Shown here: positions 18,421 to 28,386 of the stretch, in pieces
Numbering within the stretch: the stretch's first letter is position 1
How the letters are laid out: the number at the start of each line of letters is the position of its first letter
Origin: a virus
Length of the DNA stretch: 64,000 nucleotides
Virus record (IMG/VR): IMGVR_UViG_3300044712_001160
Span: 3,169 to 67,168 of that record
Direction: 5' to 3' (one strand)
The notes under the pieces: model-generated
Databases searched by the model: none
What the model was told of the DNA's origin: nothing
Seen by the model: the letters and a program-made list of their open reading frames with translations, nothing else
Program-made: the position numbers and the translations under genes

Positions 18421-18705
18421 ATGCTCGACCTCACCTTCAACACCTCGCGCATGTATGCCCGCGACGGCCAAGTCATCCGGGCGACCTACGATCCCGCTAC
18501 GCTCGAGCTTCGCTTCGATGACTTCAGCCGCATGATCTCCGGCGTGTTCCGCGACGTGTCGACCTCGCCCGATCAGCTCGCCCGCTGGGAGCGCTTCCCG
18601 GAGATCTTCGCCCGCGCGGTTATGCATCGCTACGACGCCGGCGGCTATGATTGGGCCCCGTCGCGTATGGCCGTCGACTTCGAACCGCGCGTCTTCCGCC
18701 TCTGA
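18421..18705 (+). CDS. Hypothetical early protein
   Basis: MLDLTFNTSRMYARDGQVIRA..., strong codon bias. Confidence 0.7.
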   Translation: MLDLTFNTSRMYARDGQVIRATYDPATLELRFDDFSRMISGVFRDVSTSPDQLARWERFPEIFARAVMHRYDAGGYDWAPSRMAVDFEPRVFRL

Positions 18706-18717
18706 CACTGCCCAACT

Positions 18718-18744
18718 GAGCGCCTCACGTAGGCGCTCTTTTTT
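18718..18744 (+). terminator. Intrinsic terminator
   Basis: GAGCGCCT-cacgt-AGGCGCTC-TTTTTT. Confidence 0.85.
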
Positions 18745-19528
18745 CGGCCTCAGCAGGACGGACCAGTAGTTGCCTTCCTGTGGGAACCCTGGCAAGAACG
18801 AACTCACTCAAACCCCTAGAGTGGAACGGCGCCTTATGGCTGGCCTCTAGTGGCCCACCGCTGGTCGCCCCGACCCCCCTCCACCTGTTGCCCGTCCGCA
18901 ACACCCCCCTGTGTCCTTCCGGTCACTGTGACCCGCGGAGCACACCTCCGGTTGCCAGCCCCCGTTGCCGAAAGGTCACAGTTGCCCATCCGCAACAGGC
19001 CGTGTCCCGGCCGCAACACCCGTCCGTTCTCGTTTTGTCGGGCGGCCTGATCTCGCCCCGTATGCTAGCTACACGGTTTCCGACCCGCCGTGTAGCCTGC
19101 CCTACAAGGCGTCAGCCGACGCCCGATGTTCTCATTATGTCCAGCGGGCTACAGAGGTTTTGCACATCCCCCTCGCATGGATACCTGCGGAGCTCCCAAC
19201 CCGCCGTGTAGCCCCGGTCCACGGGCGTCCAATCCGTCAACCCCCTTTTTTGACGCCCCCTGGTCAGCAGCCAGCGGTTGCCAGCCTCCCCTTCGAGGGC
19301 GGGGCGACCTCTCCCCCTCCCGTCGAGGACGAGGTCGAACCCCTTGCGAGGTCGACGCGCACCCCCTTGCGAGGAGGAGGCAAAATAATTTCGTGTTCTC
19401 GTTTTGGACGGATTGAATGTCGTCTCGCCCATCCTTACATTGTATGCATGACGACGACGCAACACACCCCGCCCGCCTCACGCGCCCCCGTCGTCACGCG
19501 CGCCCGGGCACAAACGAAGGATACGATC

Positions 19529-19786
19529 ATGACCTACGATATCGACGCCCTCCTCGCCTCCCTCAAAACGGCGAACGACAAAACGTTCACCGTCGCTGCC
19601 CTCGCCCGCGCGATGAAGGTGAACGAAAAAATCGCGCGTCGTCGTATGCGCGCGAACGCAGCGCGCGCGTCGAAGGATCAGCAGAAGGTTGCGAAGCGCG
19701 TTGACGCGACCTCGCGCGCGAACGTGAAATACGAATACGCGCTCACGAAGGCGAACCTCGAAATGATCGTTGCGATCATCAAATGA
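19529..19786 (+). CDS. Small winged-HTH protein (paralog family, copy 2); an in-frame leaderless start at 19448 is possible
   Basis: KTFTVAALARAMKVNEKIARRRMRANAA...YEY. Promoter TTGAAT-N17-TACATT at 19413-19441, SD GAAGGA. Confidence 0.75.
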   Translation: MTYDIDALLASLKTANDKTFTVAALARAMKVNEKIARRRMRANAARASKDQQKVAKRVDATSRANVKYEYALTKANLEMIVAIIK

Positions 19787-20058
19787 CGCGACACGCGCGC
19801 CCCCTCCCTCGGGGGCGCGCATCACCCAACGTCCCGGGCGAGGGTTGAAAAACTCTCGCCCTTTCTTTGCCTCATCGCGTCGGCTGGGCACTGCAGAGAT
19901 ACGCAGACTCTCCCCAACAAGGGCATGGCTTGGGCCTTATTAAATTCCCACCATACCCCATAGAGGACAAATAATTTTCGCTACATGGCCCAGCCAGTGT
20001 TGACGCGCATAATGCCCACGTGATATCGTAGATTATCGCCATAACAAGGAGAAGAGCG

Positions 20059-22250
20059 ATGAAGTACACTTTAGTAGCGTCAGACCACCGCGGTAACTAT
20101 AGCCGCAAGTTCAAATCACACCACCACATCTCAGTAGGCGATCACGTTATCCTGCCCTTCTCGGGTAACGCCTACGAAGTCCTCGAGAAATCCGTCGAGG
20201 GCGACGATTGCTACCTCAAAGTCAACCCACCCGGCAGCGAAAGCGCCCACATGGATGGGTGGAATGAGCCCAGGTGATCGGGTCATCATCAAGCCGCACC
20301 TAGCACAACAGGTGCACCCCCGTGTCCCGCCGGAAAGGCGGGGCACTATCACCGCAATCACCCGAGCGAAGCAAGCGATGGTCCTGTGGGATGGTAGACG
20401 AGACCCCGAAGCCTATCACAAGTCACTTCTCACCGTGGTCACTAGCGATGGTTGACCCCGAAGAGCTCCAAGCGGTATTCGAGGCCGCCAAGGAATGGAA
20501 ACGAAAGCTCGAAGCAAACAACCTCACCCGAGCTAAAGCAACATGCCCGGTGTGCAAGACCAAGAACAGTGTCAAGATCCTGAAATCCGGCACCCACATG
20601 AAGGCATCCTGCATCATGTGCTCTCTCACCTACAAGGAATAGCATGGGACTCTATCTCAACTTCCCGAACATCCCCAAGGAAACTTGGCTGATGCATAAC
20701 GCCACGCCAATCGGCTATACGCCGACCAGCTACAAGAACGACGACGGTGAACTCGTCGCAGTGTGGGTGAACAACGGCGCATTCACTGCAGTGGCGCTCG
20801 CCTACTGCCAAGAAGAGCTCGAGGTGTTCACCAATCCGAACGACACGAGACAAAAGGCCTACTTTTGGATACGGCCCGAGCACAAGGAGCTGTTCAAGTG
20901 AAGGTCTGGGTACTCACCTGTGAGCACAACAGCCACGACGACTTCGGCCAGATCTTCTTGGCGGTCTTTAAGGATTTACCCGATCCCGAAGCTCTGGCTG
21001 ACTTCATCATGCCGCCGCCCGGCGCTACGCTGAACAGCCTTCTGAAGCTTATCCTCCACGTTCAGAAAGGTGGCGGCCGTATCGCTGACGAGGACACGTG
21101 GTATTATCTCAAGCAAGTGGAGCTGAAATGAGACTCGTCCGACTCATCACCTACCAGACCCGCATCCCGCTCTACATCAACCCAGACCAGGTGACGATGG
21201 TGTTCCCCAGCATCAGCGGCGAAAACACCTTTGTCTACACCACTGACGGTAAGGAGTCGACAGTTGTGGGTGAAGTCACTCAGGTTGTTCAACAGCTAGC
21301 TCAGGAGAGAACATGAACCTCGAGAACATGAAGAAGGTGCGTGACGCCATCGCAGCTTCTGATCACTTCGACATGAGCAACTGGTGCGGTACTTCTTGCT
21401 GCATCGCTGGTCATGCCACCATACTTGCCACAGGCAAGGATACGGAGTTCATGAGCTCCAGCCAGGTTTCATCTATTGCTCAGGAGTTTCTCGACCTCAG
21501 CAGCAAAGAAGCCAGCACACTATTCATCCACGGGTGGGGCAGTTTCAGATCACTCGATCAGGTGTCGAAGGCCGAGGTGCTTCCCAAACTCGACGGGCTC
21601 ATCAATGGTACACTCAAGCTTCCCGCCAAGGACGACAGGGATATCCGCCGTGAGGTGCTGAACAGCAACGAGCGTATAAGCTACGAGGAAGCGGTCGACA
21701 AAGCCGTCGAGCTGATGGAGGCTGACAACTGGGGTAGCTGGTACCACAAGGAAACTCTTTACGAACGGGCTCGGTACCTTCTCTCGGGGTTGCTGCCATG
21801 ACCAAGGATCAGTATACGGCGCTCTTCTGCGTCCAGCTTCAGGGCATCATGGCTGAGGGTCTGATCATAGCGAACCGGGGCGAAGCTGAGACACGATCCA
21901 AGATGGCATGGATCCAGAATGCCCCCAATCTTAGCCTACGCCAGATCGCCGACTACTTCTTTGAGCTCGACATGGAGGTACCCCGATTTGAATTCCGATC
22001 TACAAAGACTGCGGGACGACCGGTTAATAACCCAGAAGCAGTACCAGCGAGCAGCCCTGGGAACCAACCCGCGGGTGACTAGCGACAAGAACCTGTGGGT
22101 AACGCTCACCAACAACCGGCGGGTCTTGATTGATCCGTCGGGCAAGGTCATTTTCGATGGAAAGCAGATCGTGCGATGATCAAGTGGGCGTGGGACGAGA
22201 ACCTATACCAGTGGCGCCGCTACACTATCGAGGGCAATCACATCACCAGC
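20059..22250 (+). other. Operon of short hypothetical genes (20059..20277, 20264..20455, 20448..20642, 20644..20901, 20898..21131, 21128..21316, 21313..21801, 21798..22082)
   Basis: Promoter TTGACG-N18-TATCGT at about 20000, SD AAGGAG, chained ATGA overlaps. Confidence 0.6.
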
Positions 22251-22390
22251 ATCCATTACCTGCCTGTGGTCGAGGGCAAGACGAACATCCCGGCCGTGAG
22301 GCGAGATAATCGCTCACGTGGGTAACATTGGAATTGTCCCGTGGCAATATCCACGATAAAGTGAATCCATCGAAACGGATGGAGTTCACC

Positions 22391-22750
22391 ATGCAATCCA
22401 ACACCTACGTCATCGAACACCTTCCACAGGATGACCCCCTGTGGCGTCTCGTCACGTTCGAGTACACCCATCCCGACATGCCCAGCGTGAGGTCGGTTCA
22501 CTCGCTTCTCGAATTTGATGGCTTCGATGAGCTTGCCAAGCACGTCGAGGACTTTACCCGCGTCGAGGGCTGGAATTGCACCGCGGATGACGTGCCGATC
22601 AGCCACCGTCATTTCATGAAGCTTCATACGCTTCAGCTCCATGCCCAATACGTCCGCGATTGTATCCGTGCAGTCGCCGACGCTGAAGCTGATCTCCAAG
22701 CGAGACGTGATGAGCTCGCTCAAGCACTCGAGGATTTGGCCAATGTCTGA
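22391..22750 (+). CDS. Hypothetical protein
   Basis: SD GGAG and a cassette-like leader AAACGGATGGAG. Confidence 0.6.
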   Translation: MQSNTYVIEHLPQDDPLWRLVTFEYTHPDMPSVRSVHSLLEFDGFDELAKHVEDFTRVEGWNCTADDVPISHRHFMKLHTLQLHAQYVRDCIRAVADAEADLQARRDELAQALEDLANV

Positions 22751-23393
22751 CATCCACGAAAAGATTATCAACCTTCTGGCGCTCGCAACCAACAACCCGA
22801 GCGAGGAGGAAGCGGCAACAGCTGCGGCCATGGCGCGCAAGCTGATGCTCAAGCACAACATCGACGAGCGCGACCTGGGCGTGAAGTCCAGCGTCGAGTA
22901 CTCGGGCGGTGGTAAGCTCGACCGCGATTACTGGCAGCTGTTGATGGGCGGTATTCAGGTGCTGATCCCCGTAAAGGGTCTGCTCTACGGAACCGAGGCA
23001 TTCCGATGGGTCGGCACCAAGCTCAACGCGCAGGTCGCTGATCAACTGCTCGAGTTCTGGGCCAAGCAGGTTGAGCATCAGTACAAGGTGCACCTGCCGC
23101 CCGGCATGTCGAAAGCCGAGCGCGCACAGTACCGCCGCGACTTCAAGCGTAGCTGCGCGCTGAGGATCATTCACCGCGCGCGTGAGCTCAAAGCCACACA
23201 GGACGCGGACAAATCGACCGGCACGGCGCTCGTCGTGATCCAGTCTCAGCTCGAGCGTGAGATCGAGGAATTTCTCGCCGACAAGAACATCACTCGGCGC
23301 AAGCCGCTGACTGTCAAAACCACTACCCGCGGCGGGCGTGACGGCTACGCAGCGGGCAACAACGTCCACATCAACACGGGGATTAGCAAATGA
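22743..23393 (+). CDS. DUF2786-family protein
   Basis: EKIINLLALA.NNPSEEEAATAAAMARKLMLKHNI N-terminal motif, C-terminal GYAAG. Confidence 0.75.
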   Translation: MSDIHEKIINLLALATNNPSEEEAATAAAMARKLMLKHNIDERDLGVKSSVEYSGGGKLDRDYWQLLMGGIQVLIPVKGLLYGTEAFRWVGTKLNAQVADQLLEFWAKQVEHQYKVHLPPGMSKAERAQYRRDFKRSCALRIIHRARELKATQDADKSTGTALVVIQSQLEREIEEFLADKNITRRKPLTVKTTTRGGRDGYAAGNNVHINTGISK

Positions 23394-23978
23394 CACTTAC
23401 GGCCGACCAAAAAGCCGCGCTCCAGCATGTCTATTCTCAGATAGCGCCGGACATTCCTGAGGACTACGAGCCTGAGGAGATCGCTGAGCTGATCATCGAC
23501 GCGAACCGGCTCACCCTCTACGGCTACCCAGCTGTGGATGAGCAGATGCGCGAGTTCACCCGCAAGGACTATGGTGAGACGCTCGCCATGATCGTGCGGG
23601 AGCTTCATCTGTGAGGCTCACGATCAAGATAGAGGGTAAGTATCACCTTCTTAATGACGTCCACGTCACGCGGCCTGGGGACGGTCGCGTGTACCTTCGT
23701 GGAGTAACCGACGTATCGGGTTCTAGGCGAAAGCCTCGACCCGTGGTCATCAGCATGACATACGACATAGCGGAGTTGCTGAATGCTAATGCGAAGATTG
23801 ATCGGCCGTGAGGGCTTTCTCGATCACCCGGCCTGGAAGCGTGGCGCAGAGATCAGTGTCGTAGAGATCTATCACTACAACGGGAATTGGATGGCCACCG
23901 ACTCTCAGGGGTTCCGACACTTTCTTCACCAGCTCGAGCCGGTCAACAAGACCGACACGATCATTCCTGAGGTGGGCG

Positions 23979-24923
23979 ATGCCCGCGCCGCTGTATAGCC
24001 GTTGGCGGCGAAACTTCGAAAAGGTATTCAAGAAGGCGGGCTTATCACCCGCCGGATACCTTCACCTGAAAAACAAGCTGACCGTTTACAGCCTTAGCGA
24101 AGACGTGACGCGAGAGCTCGGAAAGCAATCGCTCGAGATCGGTCGTATCAACTGGCTCGAGGTAGCGAAGCAGCGGCTGCCCCATAAGGCCTACTTTGTG
24201 GAAATGCCCTGGAGGGCGTTCATGACTAACCTCATGACCGTTGATGACGAGAATACCCGACCGTCAAGGTGTGCCTTTATCTTTCTTCAGGACCCGGGTG
24301 GCTGGGGTATGATGTACCTGCTGAACTACCCCAACGGCGGATTTTATCTGCTGCCCTTCTTGACGGTGTTTCGATATGAGCCCAGAGATCAAGCGCTCAC
24401 CTCTGTAGTTATGGGCATCCATTACCCACCTGATCCCGTACTTCAGCATATGTACTTGGATGGGCCCGACATTCCACACGAAAAGATACAGGGGATCATC
24501 GTGGAGATGGCTGGCTGGGTTCGTATGGGTCTTACAATGCTTCATGCCACGCAAGTCGTCACGCGCCCGCGATACCAGCCTAACCTCGACGCCGAGCCAC
24601 AGCAGAAGCGAGCCGACCGGGAAGTGATCGACGTGGACGAAGTCGACATGTTCCTGACGCCGCGGACCTACTACGGCGACAAGCGCTACGAGCCGAACGA
24701 AACGCCGCGACACGTCAGCCGGCATAATGTTCGTGGACATTGGATGTATCGCCGCGACCGGGATGATCCATACAGCTGCGACATACCCAGCGGACAACAC
24801 GACTGGGAAGGTGATGATCAACGCCAAACCTGCATCAACTGCGGACAGCGTCGTTGGTTCCGTGAAGAGTGTACCCGGGGTAGCGGAGACGAAAAGGTCA
24901 AGATACGCAATGTGAGGCTATGA
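23979..24923 (+). CDS. Hypothetical protein (RHNVRGHW motif, C-terminal Zn ribbon)
   Basis: 314-aa ORF with an H.VRGHW motif and CINCG. Confidence 0.65.
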   Translation: MPAPLYSRWRRNFEKVFKKAGLSPAGYLHLKNKLTVYSLSEDVTRELGKQSLEIGRINWLEVAKQRLPHKAYFVEMPWRAFMTNLMTVDDENTRPSRCAFIFLQDPGGWGMMYLLNYPNGGFYLLPFLTVFRYEPRDQALTSVVMGIHYPPDPVLQHMYLDGPDIPHEKIQGIIVEMAGWVRMGLTMLHATQVVTRPRYQPNLDAEPQQKRADREVIDVDEVDMFLTPRTYYGDKRYEPNETPRHVSRHNVRGHWMYRRDRDDPYSCDIPSGQHDWEGDDQRQTCINCGQRRWFREECTRGSGDEKVKIRNVRL

Positions 24924-24944
24924 GCAATCGAGTGCCATTGATCG

Positions 24945-24973
24945 TTGACAGGTAGTGCCATTGTTGATACGAT
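24945..24973 (+). promoter_or_regulatory. Sigma70-like promoter
   Basis: TTGACA-N17-TACGAT. Confidence 0.7.
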
Positions 24974-25007
24974 CAACTGGTCAAGTCTGAACGGGGAACA
25001 ATAATCC

Positions 25008-25376
25008 ATGAAGCTGAATCGTGCCGACACGAGGGTCGTATTGCAGGGGGACGACTTCCAAGTTCTACATAACACTTGGAACGAGTACTCCAACGACCAA
25101 CCCTTGCCAACTGATGACAAGGAACAACTGATCGACCGAATACTTGACCTGATGGAACAAGCCGGCGATCTACTCCACGAAAATCGCGAGACGTTCAAGC
25201 TCTCAGAGCTAGCCCGCGACCTCGGCGTTGATCCGAAGGTTGCGCGCGACAAGTTCCGTCGTGCAGCGCTCAAAGCGAAGGTCCCCGAAAGTTTAAAGCC
25301 GACCGGGTGGATTTTCCATCTCCGCGACCGCGAGGCTGTGCAGGAAATCATTCGACCCAAGAGGGCGCGTTCATGA
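25008..25376 (+). CDS. Winged-HTH protein (paralog family, copy 3)
   Basis: ETFKLSELARDLGVDPKVARDKFRRA...GWIF. Confidence 0.7.
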   Translation: MKLNRADTRVVLQGDDFQVLHNTWNEYSNDQPLPTDDKEQLIDRILDLMEQAGDLLHENRETFKLSELARDLGVDPKVARDKFRRAALKAKVPESLKPTGWIFHLRDREAVQEIIRPKRARS

Positions 25377-25789
25377 AGAGCTATAAATCCGTTGCTATCG
25401 AGGGTTGCCCCTCGAGTCTTGTTGACGACGCGGTCAGCGAAATCCAAGACCTCGTGCAAGAGATCACCGACTGGAAATCGGGCATGGAAGGTACCAATCT
25501 CGAGAACAGCGAGAAGTACCAGTTGCTCGACAACGCCGAGAGCGAACTCTCCTCTGTGGAGAACGACATTGACGAGTGGCCGAACGACGAAGTTCGGATC
25601 ACCTGCTATATCACCATGCCCAAGCGGGTAAAGCGTTCGCCGAGTCGCGCGGTTCGTCTGGAGAACGCCAACGCCAAGATAGGCGCTGTCAAGGACTTCT
25701 ATGAAAGCCTCGATGGTGACTATTCGGAGATCATCGACAAGCTCGATGGTATGATCAAGGAAGTGGAATTTCCGAGGATGTATGGATGA
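25373..25789 (+). CDS. Hypothetical protein
   Basis: MKSYKSVAIEG...EVEFPRMYG, ATGA overlaps on both sides. Confidence 0.6.
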   Translation: MKSYKSVAIEGCPSSLVDDAVSEIQDLVQEITDWKSGMEGTNLENSEKYQLLDNAESELSSVENDIDEWPNDEVRITCYITMPKRVKRSPSRAVRLENANAKIGAVKDFYESLDGDYSEIIDKLDGMIKEVEFPRMYG

Positions 25790-25986
25790 ACTACAGGCAC
25801 CTGAAGTCTGGCGGTGAATACGAACTGCTGCTAGTCGGTCATGACGAGGCCACGCTTAACCCGATGGTCATCTACCGTTCGCTAGATGATGAGGAGATCT
25901 GGTGTCGGCCGGCAAAGGAATTCTTCGACGGCCGGTTTGTACCCATCAATGAGAGACTTGAACCCAGGAGCGACTATGAGAACTGA
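25786..25986 (+). CDS. DUF1653-family protein
   Basis: YRHLKSGGEY...E.T..PMVIYRSL...WCRP..EF.DGRF. Confidence 0.8.
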   Translation: MNYRHLKSGGEYELLLVGHDEATLNPMVIYRSLDDEEIWCRPAKEFFDGRFVPINERLEPRSDYEN

Positions 25987-26797
25987 AATCGGAAATCACG
26001 GCGTGGTGAAGCTCATTGACTTCATGGGCAGGGACGATGATATCGTCCACGCGGCGAGAGTCAGCTATGACCCGGCGAGCACCACGATCAAGCGCGACGG
26101 CCGTGGGCTCATTCGGTACCTGTACCGGAACAAGCACACTACGCCCTTCGAAATGTGTGAGCTGAAGTTCTATATCAAGATGCCCATCTTTGTAGCTCGC
26201 CAGTGGATCCGTCACCGGACGGCCAACATCAATGAGTACTCCGGCCGGTACTCCGTGATGAAGAACGAGTTCTACATTCCCAATGAGGTGAGAGTTCAGT
26301 CCAAGTCGAACAAGCAGGGCAGCGATGGTCGTATGACCCTGGACGAAATGATGAAGTTCGCTTGGGACGATACAGCAGCCGACGCATTCGAGATCTACAA
26401 CACCCTCGTGAGCGAAGAGGTTGGCGTAGCTCGTGAGCTGGCGAGGATTCACCTGCCGCTCAGCACCTACACCGAGGTTTACTGGAAGATCGACCTGCAC
26501 AACCTGCTTCATTTCCTGAAGCTTCGGACGGACCCCCACGCCCAGCTAGAAATTCGGCAGTATGCCGACGCCATGGAACAAATGGTGTCTGTGTTGTATC
26601 CGCTCGCGTATGAGGCCTGGGTCGACTATTCCAAGGAGGCCTACAATATGAGCCGGATGGAGCTGGTGCTTCTGCGGTCTCTGGCTAGCTCGCGCGATCC
26701 GTCGATTCTTCGGGGTCATCTTGAACCTCATGCCAAAGAGCTGGGCATGACGGATCGAGAAATCGCCGACTTCCTCAAGGTACTTGGGGTCGAATAG
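25976..26797 (+). CDS. thyX: Flavin-dependent thymidylate synthase
   Basis: AARVSY, HTTPFE, ARQWIRHRTANINEYSGRY (RHRx7S signature), RELAR and AQLEIR. Confidence 0.95.
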   Translation: MRTEIGNHGVVKLIDFMGRDDDIVHAARVSYDPASTTIKRDGRGLIRYLYRNKHTTPFEMCELKFYIKMPIFVARQWIRHRTANINEYSGRYSVMKNEFYIPNEVRVQSKSNKQGSDGRMTLDEMMKFAWDDTAADAFEIYNTLVSEEVGVARELARIHLPLSTYTEVYWKIDLHNLLHFLKLRTDPHAQLEIRQYADAMEQMVSVLYPLAYEAWVDYSKEAYNMSRMELVLLRSLASSRDPSILRGHLEPHAKELGMTDREIADFLKVLGVE

Positions 26798-26859
26798 TTG
26801 TTGCGGGGTGGGTCATTTCCATCGTAAGATGTCTTGCGACACACGAATGGAAATGGCCC

Positions 26860-28128
26860 ATGACAATCGTCTACATCAACCCGCCCAAGACGTGTAACCT
26901 TTGCTCACGTCCCATCTCCGATAAGTTCTATGACGCCCGCACATCATCCGGTGTGTGGGCGAACATGTGCTTCACCTGCTTTCATTCTCACACGGATGGG
27001 CAGCTGGGCACCGGTCGGGGTCAGAAGTACAAGCGTAATGATCATGGCCACTTTGAAAAGGTAAAAGGATGATGAGCTTCGAACAGCGAATAGCCAATAT
27101 CAAGGCTCTTCCACTACGCGACCGCCCGCGCGAGCAGATCGAGCATGCTGTGCGTGTACTCGACAGCATCAGCTACCATAACGCCAGCGAAATGACCGGC
27201 GAATGGGCATTGAGCAATCGACTACTCACCGAGCTTTGCGAATGGTTCGTCAAGAACCGTTGGAAGTACGGTGAGGTCTACTACCTGCTCGATCAGGGCG
27301 GGCCGTTTCTCTGTGATCGTTACTCAGTTTTCCACAGGTTTGTGGCAACCCTATATAAGGCTATACCCGATGACCGCAACAGCTAACGTCATTCAACTCT
27401 CGGCCAATGGCGACATTGACGAAGATTCCCGTGCGGAGATCATGCAAACCGTGCGCGATGAGCTCTACAGCTATGATAAAGACGGGCTCGAAAGCATCGC
27501 CCTGTGGATCGGCAAATCAACGTCGACTCTCTACGCGATACGAAGCGGCCGCACATTGTGGCCCCGTCACTCGACACTCTTTCCCCTCCTTCGCCGACTT
27601 GGGTTTCGGCTTGTTCTCACGAGGACCACGCGATGACACTTGACCAACTCATTGAAGACTTGAGCAACCTTTCTGCGGCCGGTCACGGTGAAGCGCAGAT
27701 ACGACTTGCTCATCAGCCGAGTTACCCGCATGAATACAACTTCGGTGGTATGAAGCTTGTGAACCCCAACGAAAGGGAGATGAGCGAAATTACCGAGTTT
27801 CTCAACGGCGGTGAGGGTAACGCTGAGGAACGGTACGAGGCACAGACGAAACTCGAGGAGCTGACTGAGCTCAACGAGCACATCATCTACTTCCTTGAGG
27901 GCTCCTACATCGGCTACGCTAGCAAGGACTTGTGGGATGAGGACAACTGAACGAGTAGCCTTTCGGCTGTTCGACATGCCCTGTTGCGGCATGCTGCTAT
28001 GTTGGCCTAATCACCGATACCCGTCGTACTGCCCTAACTGCGGTAAGTACGTCTTCGACCGTATCAAGGGGTGCGTTCTCGTCGCGGATGAGGACGCCCG
28101 CTTGGTTTATGATGACGGTCAAAAATAA
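26860..28128 (+). other. Short hypothetical genes (26860..27072 Cys-rich; 27069..27386; 27633..27950; 27937..28128 Zn-ribbon)
   Basis: Chained overlaps after a cassette-like leader ACGAATGGAAA. Confidence 0.55.
27370..27636 (+). CDS. Cro/XRE-like HTH protein
   Basis: LESIALWIGKSTSTLYAIRSGRTLWPRHSTL. Confidence 0.65.
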   Translation: MTATANVIQLSANGDIDEDSRAEIMQTVRDELYSYDKDGLESIALWIGKSTSTLYAIRSGRTLWPRHSTLFPLLRRLGFRLVLTRTTR

Positions 28129-28269
28129 CGATGCCTGGGCGTCGTCTTCATTTCAACGTATCATGACGCATGGGAAACGCCAGTCACGATGCCTGGGCGC
28201 CTACGTGACGTCCGTGGATATGCGGGCGTCATGTCGCGTCGAAAGGGCGCGATTTTTCGATGCCTGGGC
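28129..28269 (+). repeat. Three direct copies of CGATGCCTGGGC at a convergent junction
   Basis: 28129-28140, 28187-28198 and 28258-28269. Confidence 0.75.
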
Positions 28270-28386
28270 ATTGTTCCGGGTTTTGATGCGTCATGATGCG
28301 TCGAAACGCGAAGGCGCGTGTCCCGGGCGCCAATTTTACGCCCTTTTCACGCCTCTTGTTGCATGTCGTGCAACGATGCGCGAGCG

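Larger units (their letters stand above)
14070..18850 (+). repeat. Dispersed ~38-bp repeat CCCCTAGRSTGGAACGGC-N9/11-TGGCCTCNAG, 4 copies
   Basis: Copies at about 14070, 15333 (partial), 16939 and 18812. Extra TGGAAYGGC half-sites at 14057, 14112 and 15326. Confidence 0.8.
14270..19286 (+). repeat. Dispersed motif (CTAC)CAGTAGTTGCC, about 18 copies in intergenic spacers
   Basis: Examples at about 14362, 14382, 15409, 15447, 15877, 16458, 16982, 17015, 18272, 18762, 19271, with inverted copies at 17709 and 17743. Confidence 0.8.

Noticed and set aside
14050-19300. CRISPR array
   Set aside because: Repeats are short, degenerate and separated by hundreds of bases containing genes, with no constant repeat-spacer period. 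The Cas4-like gene sits in a standard phage recombination module.
14050-19300. Classical integron with attC sites
   Set aside because: No tyrosine recombinase is present in the window. The GTTGCC cores lack the RYYYAAC...GTTRRRY palindromic attC structure, and each cassette has its own promoter.
18965-19447. 273-aa ORF start
   Set aside because: The Pro-rich low-complexity extension lies upstream of the identified promoter. The real start is 19448 or 19529.
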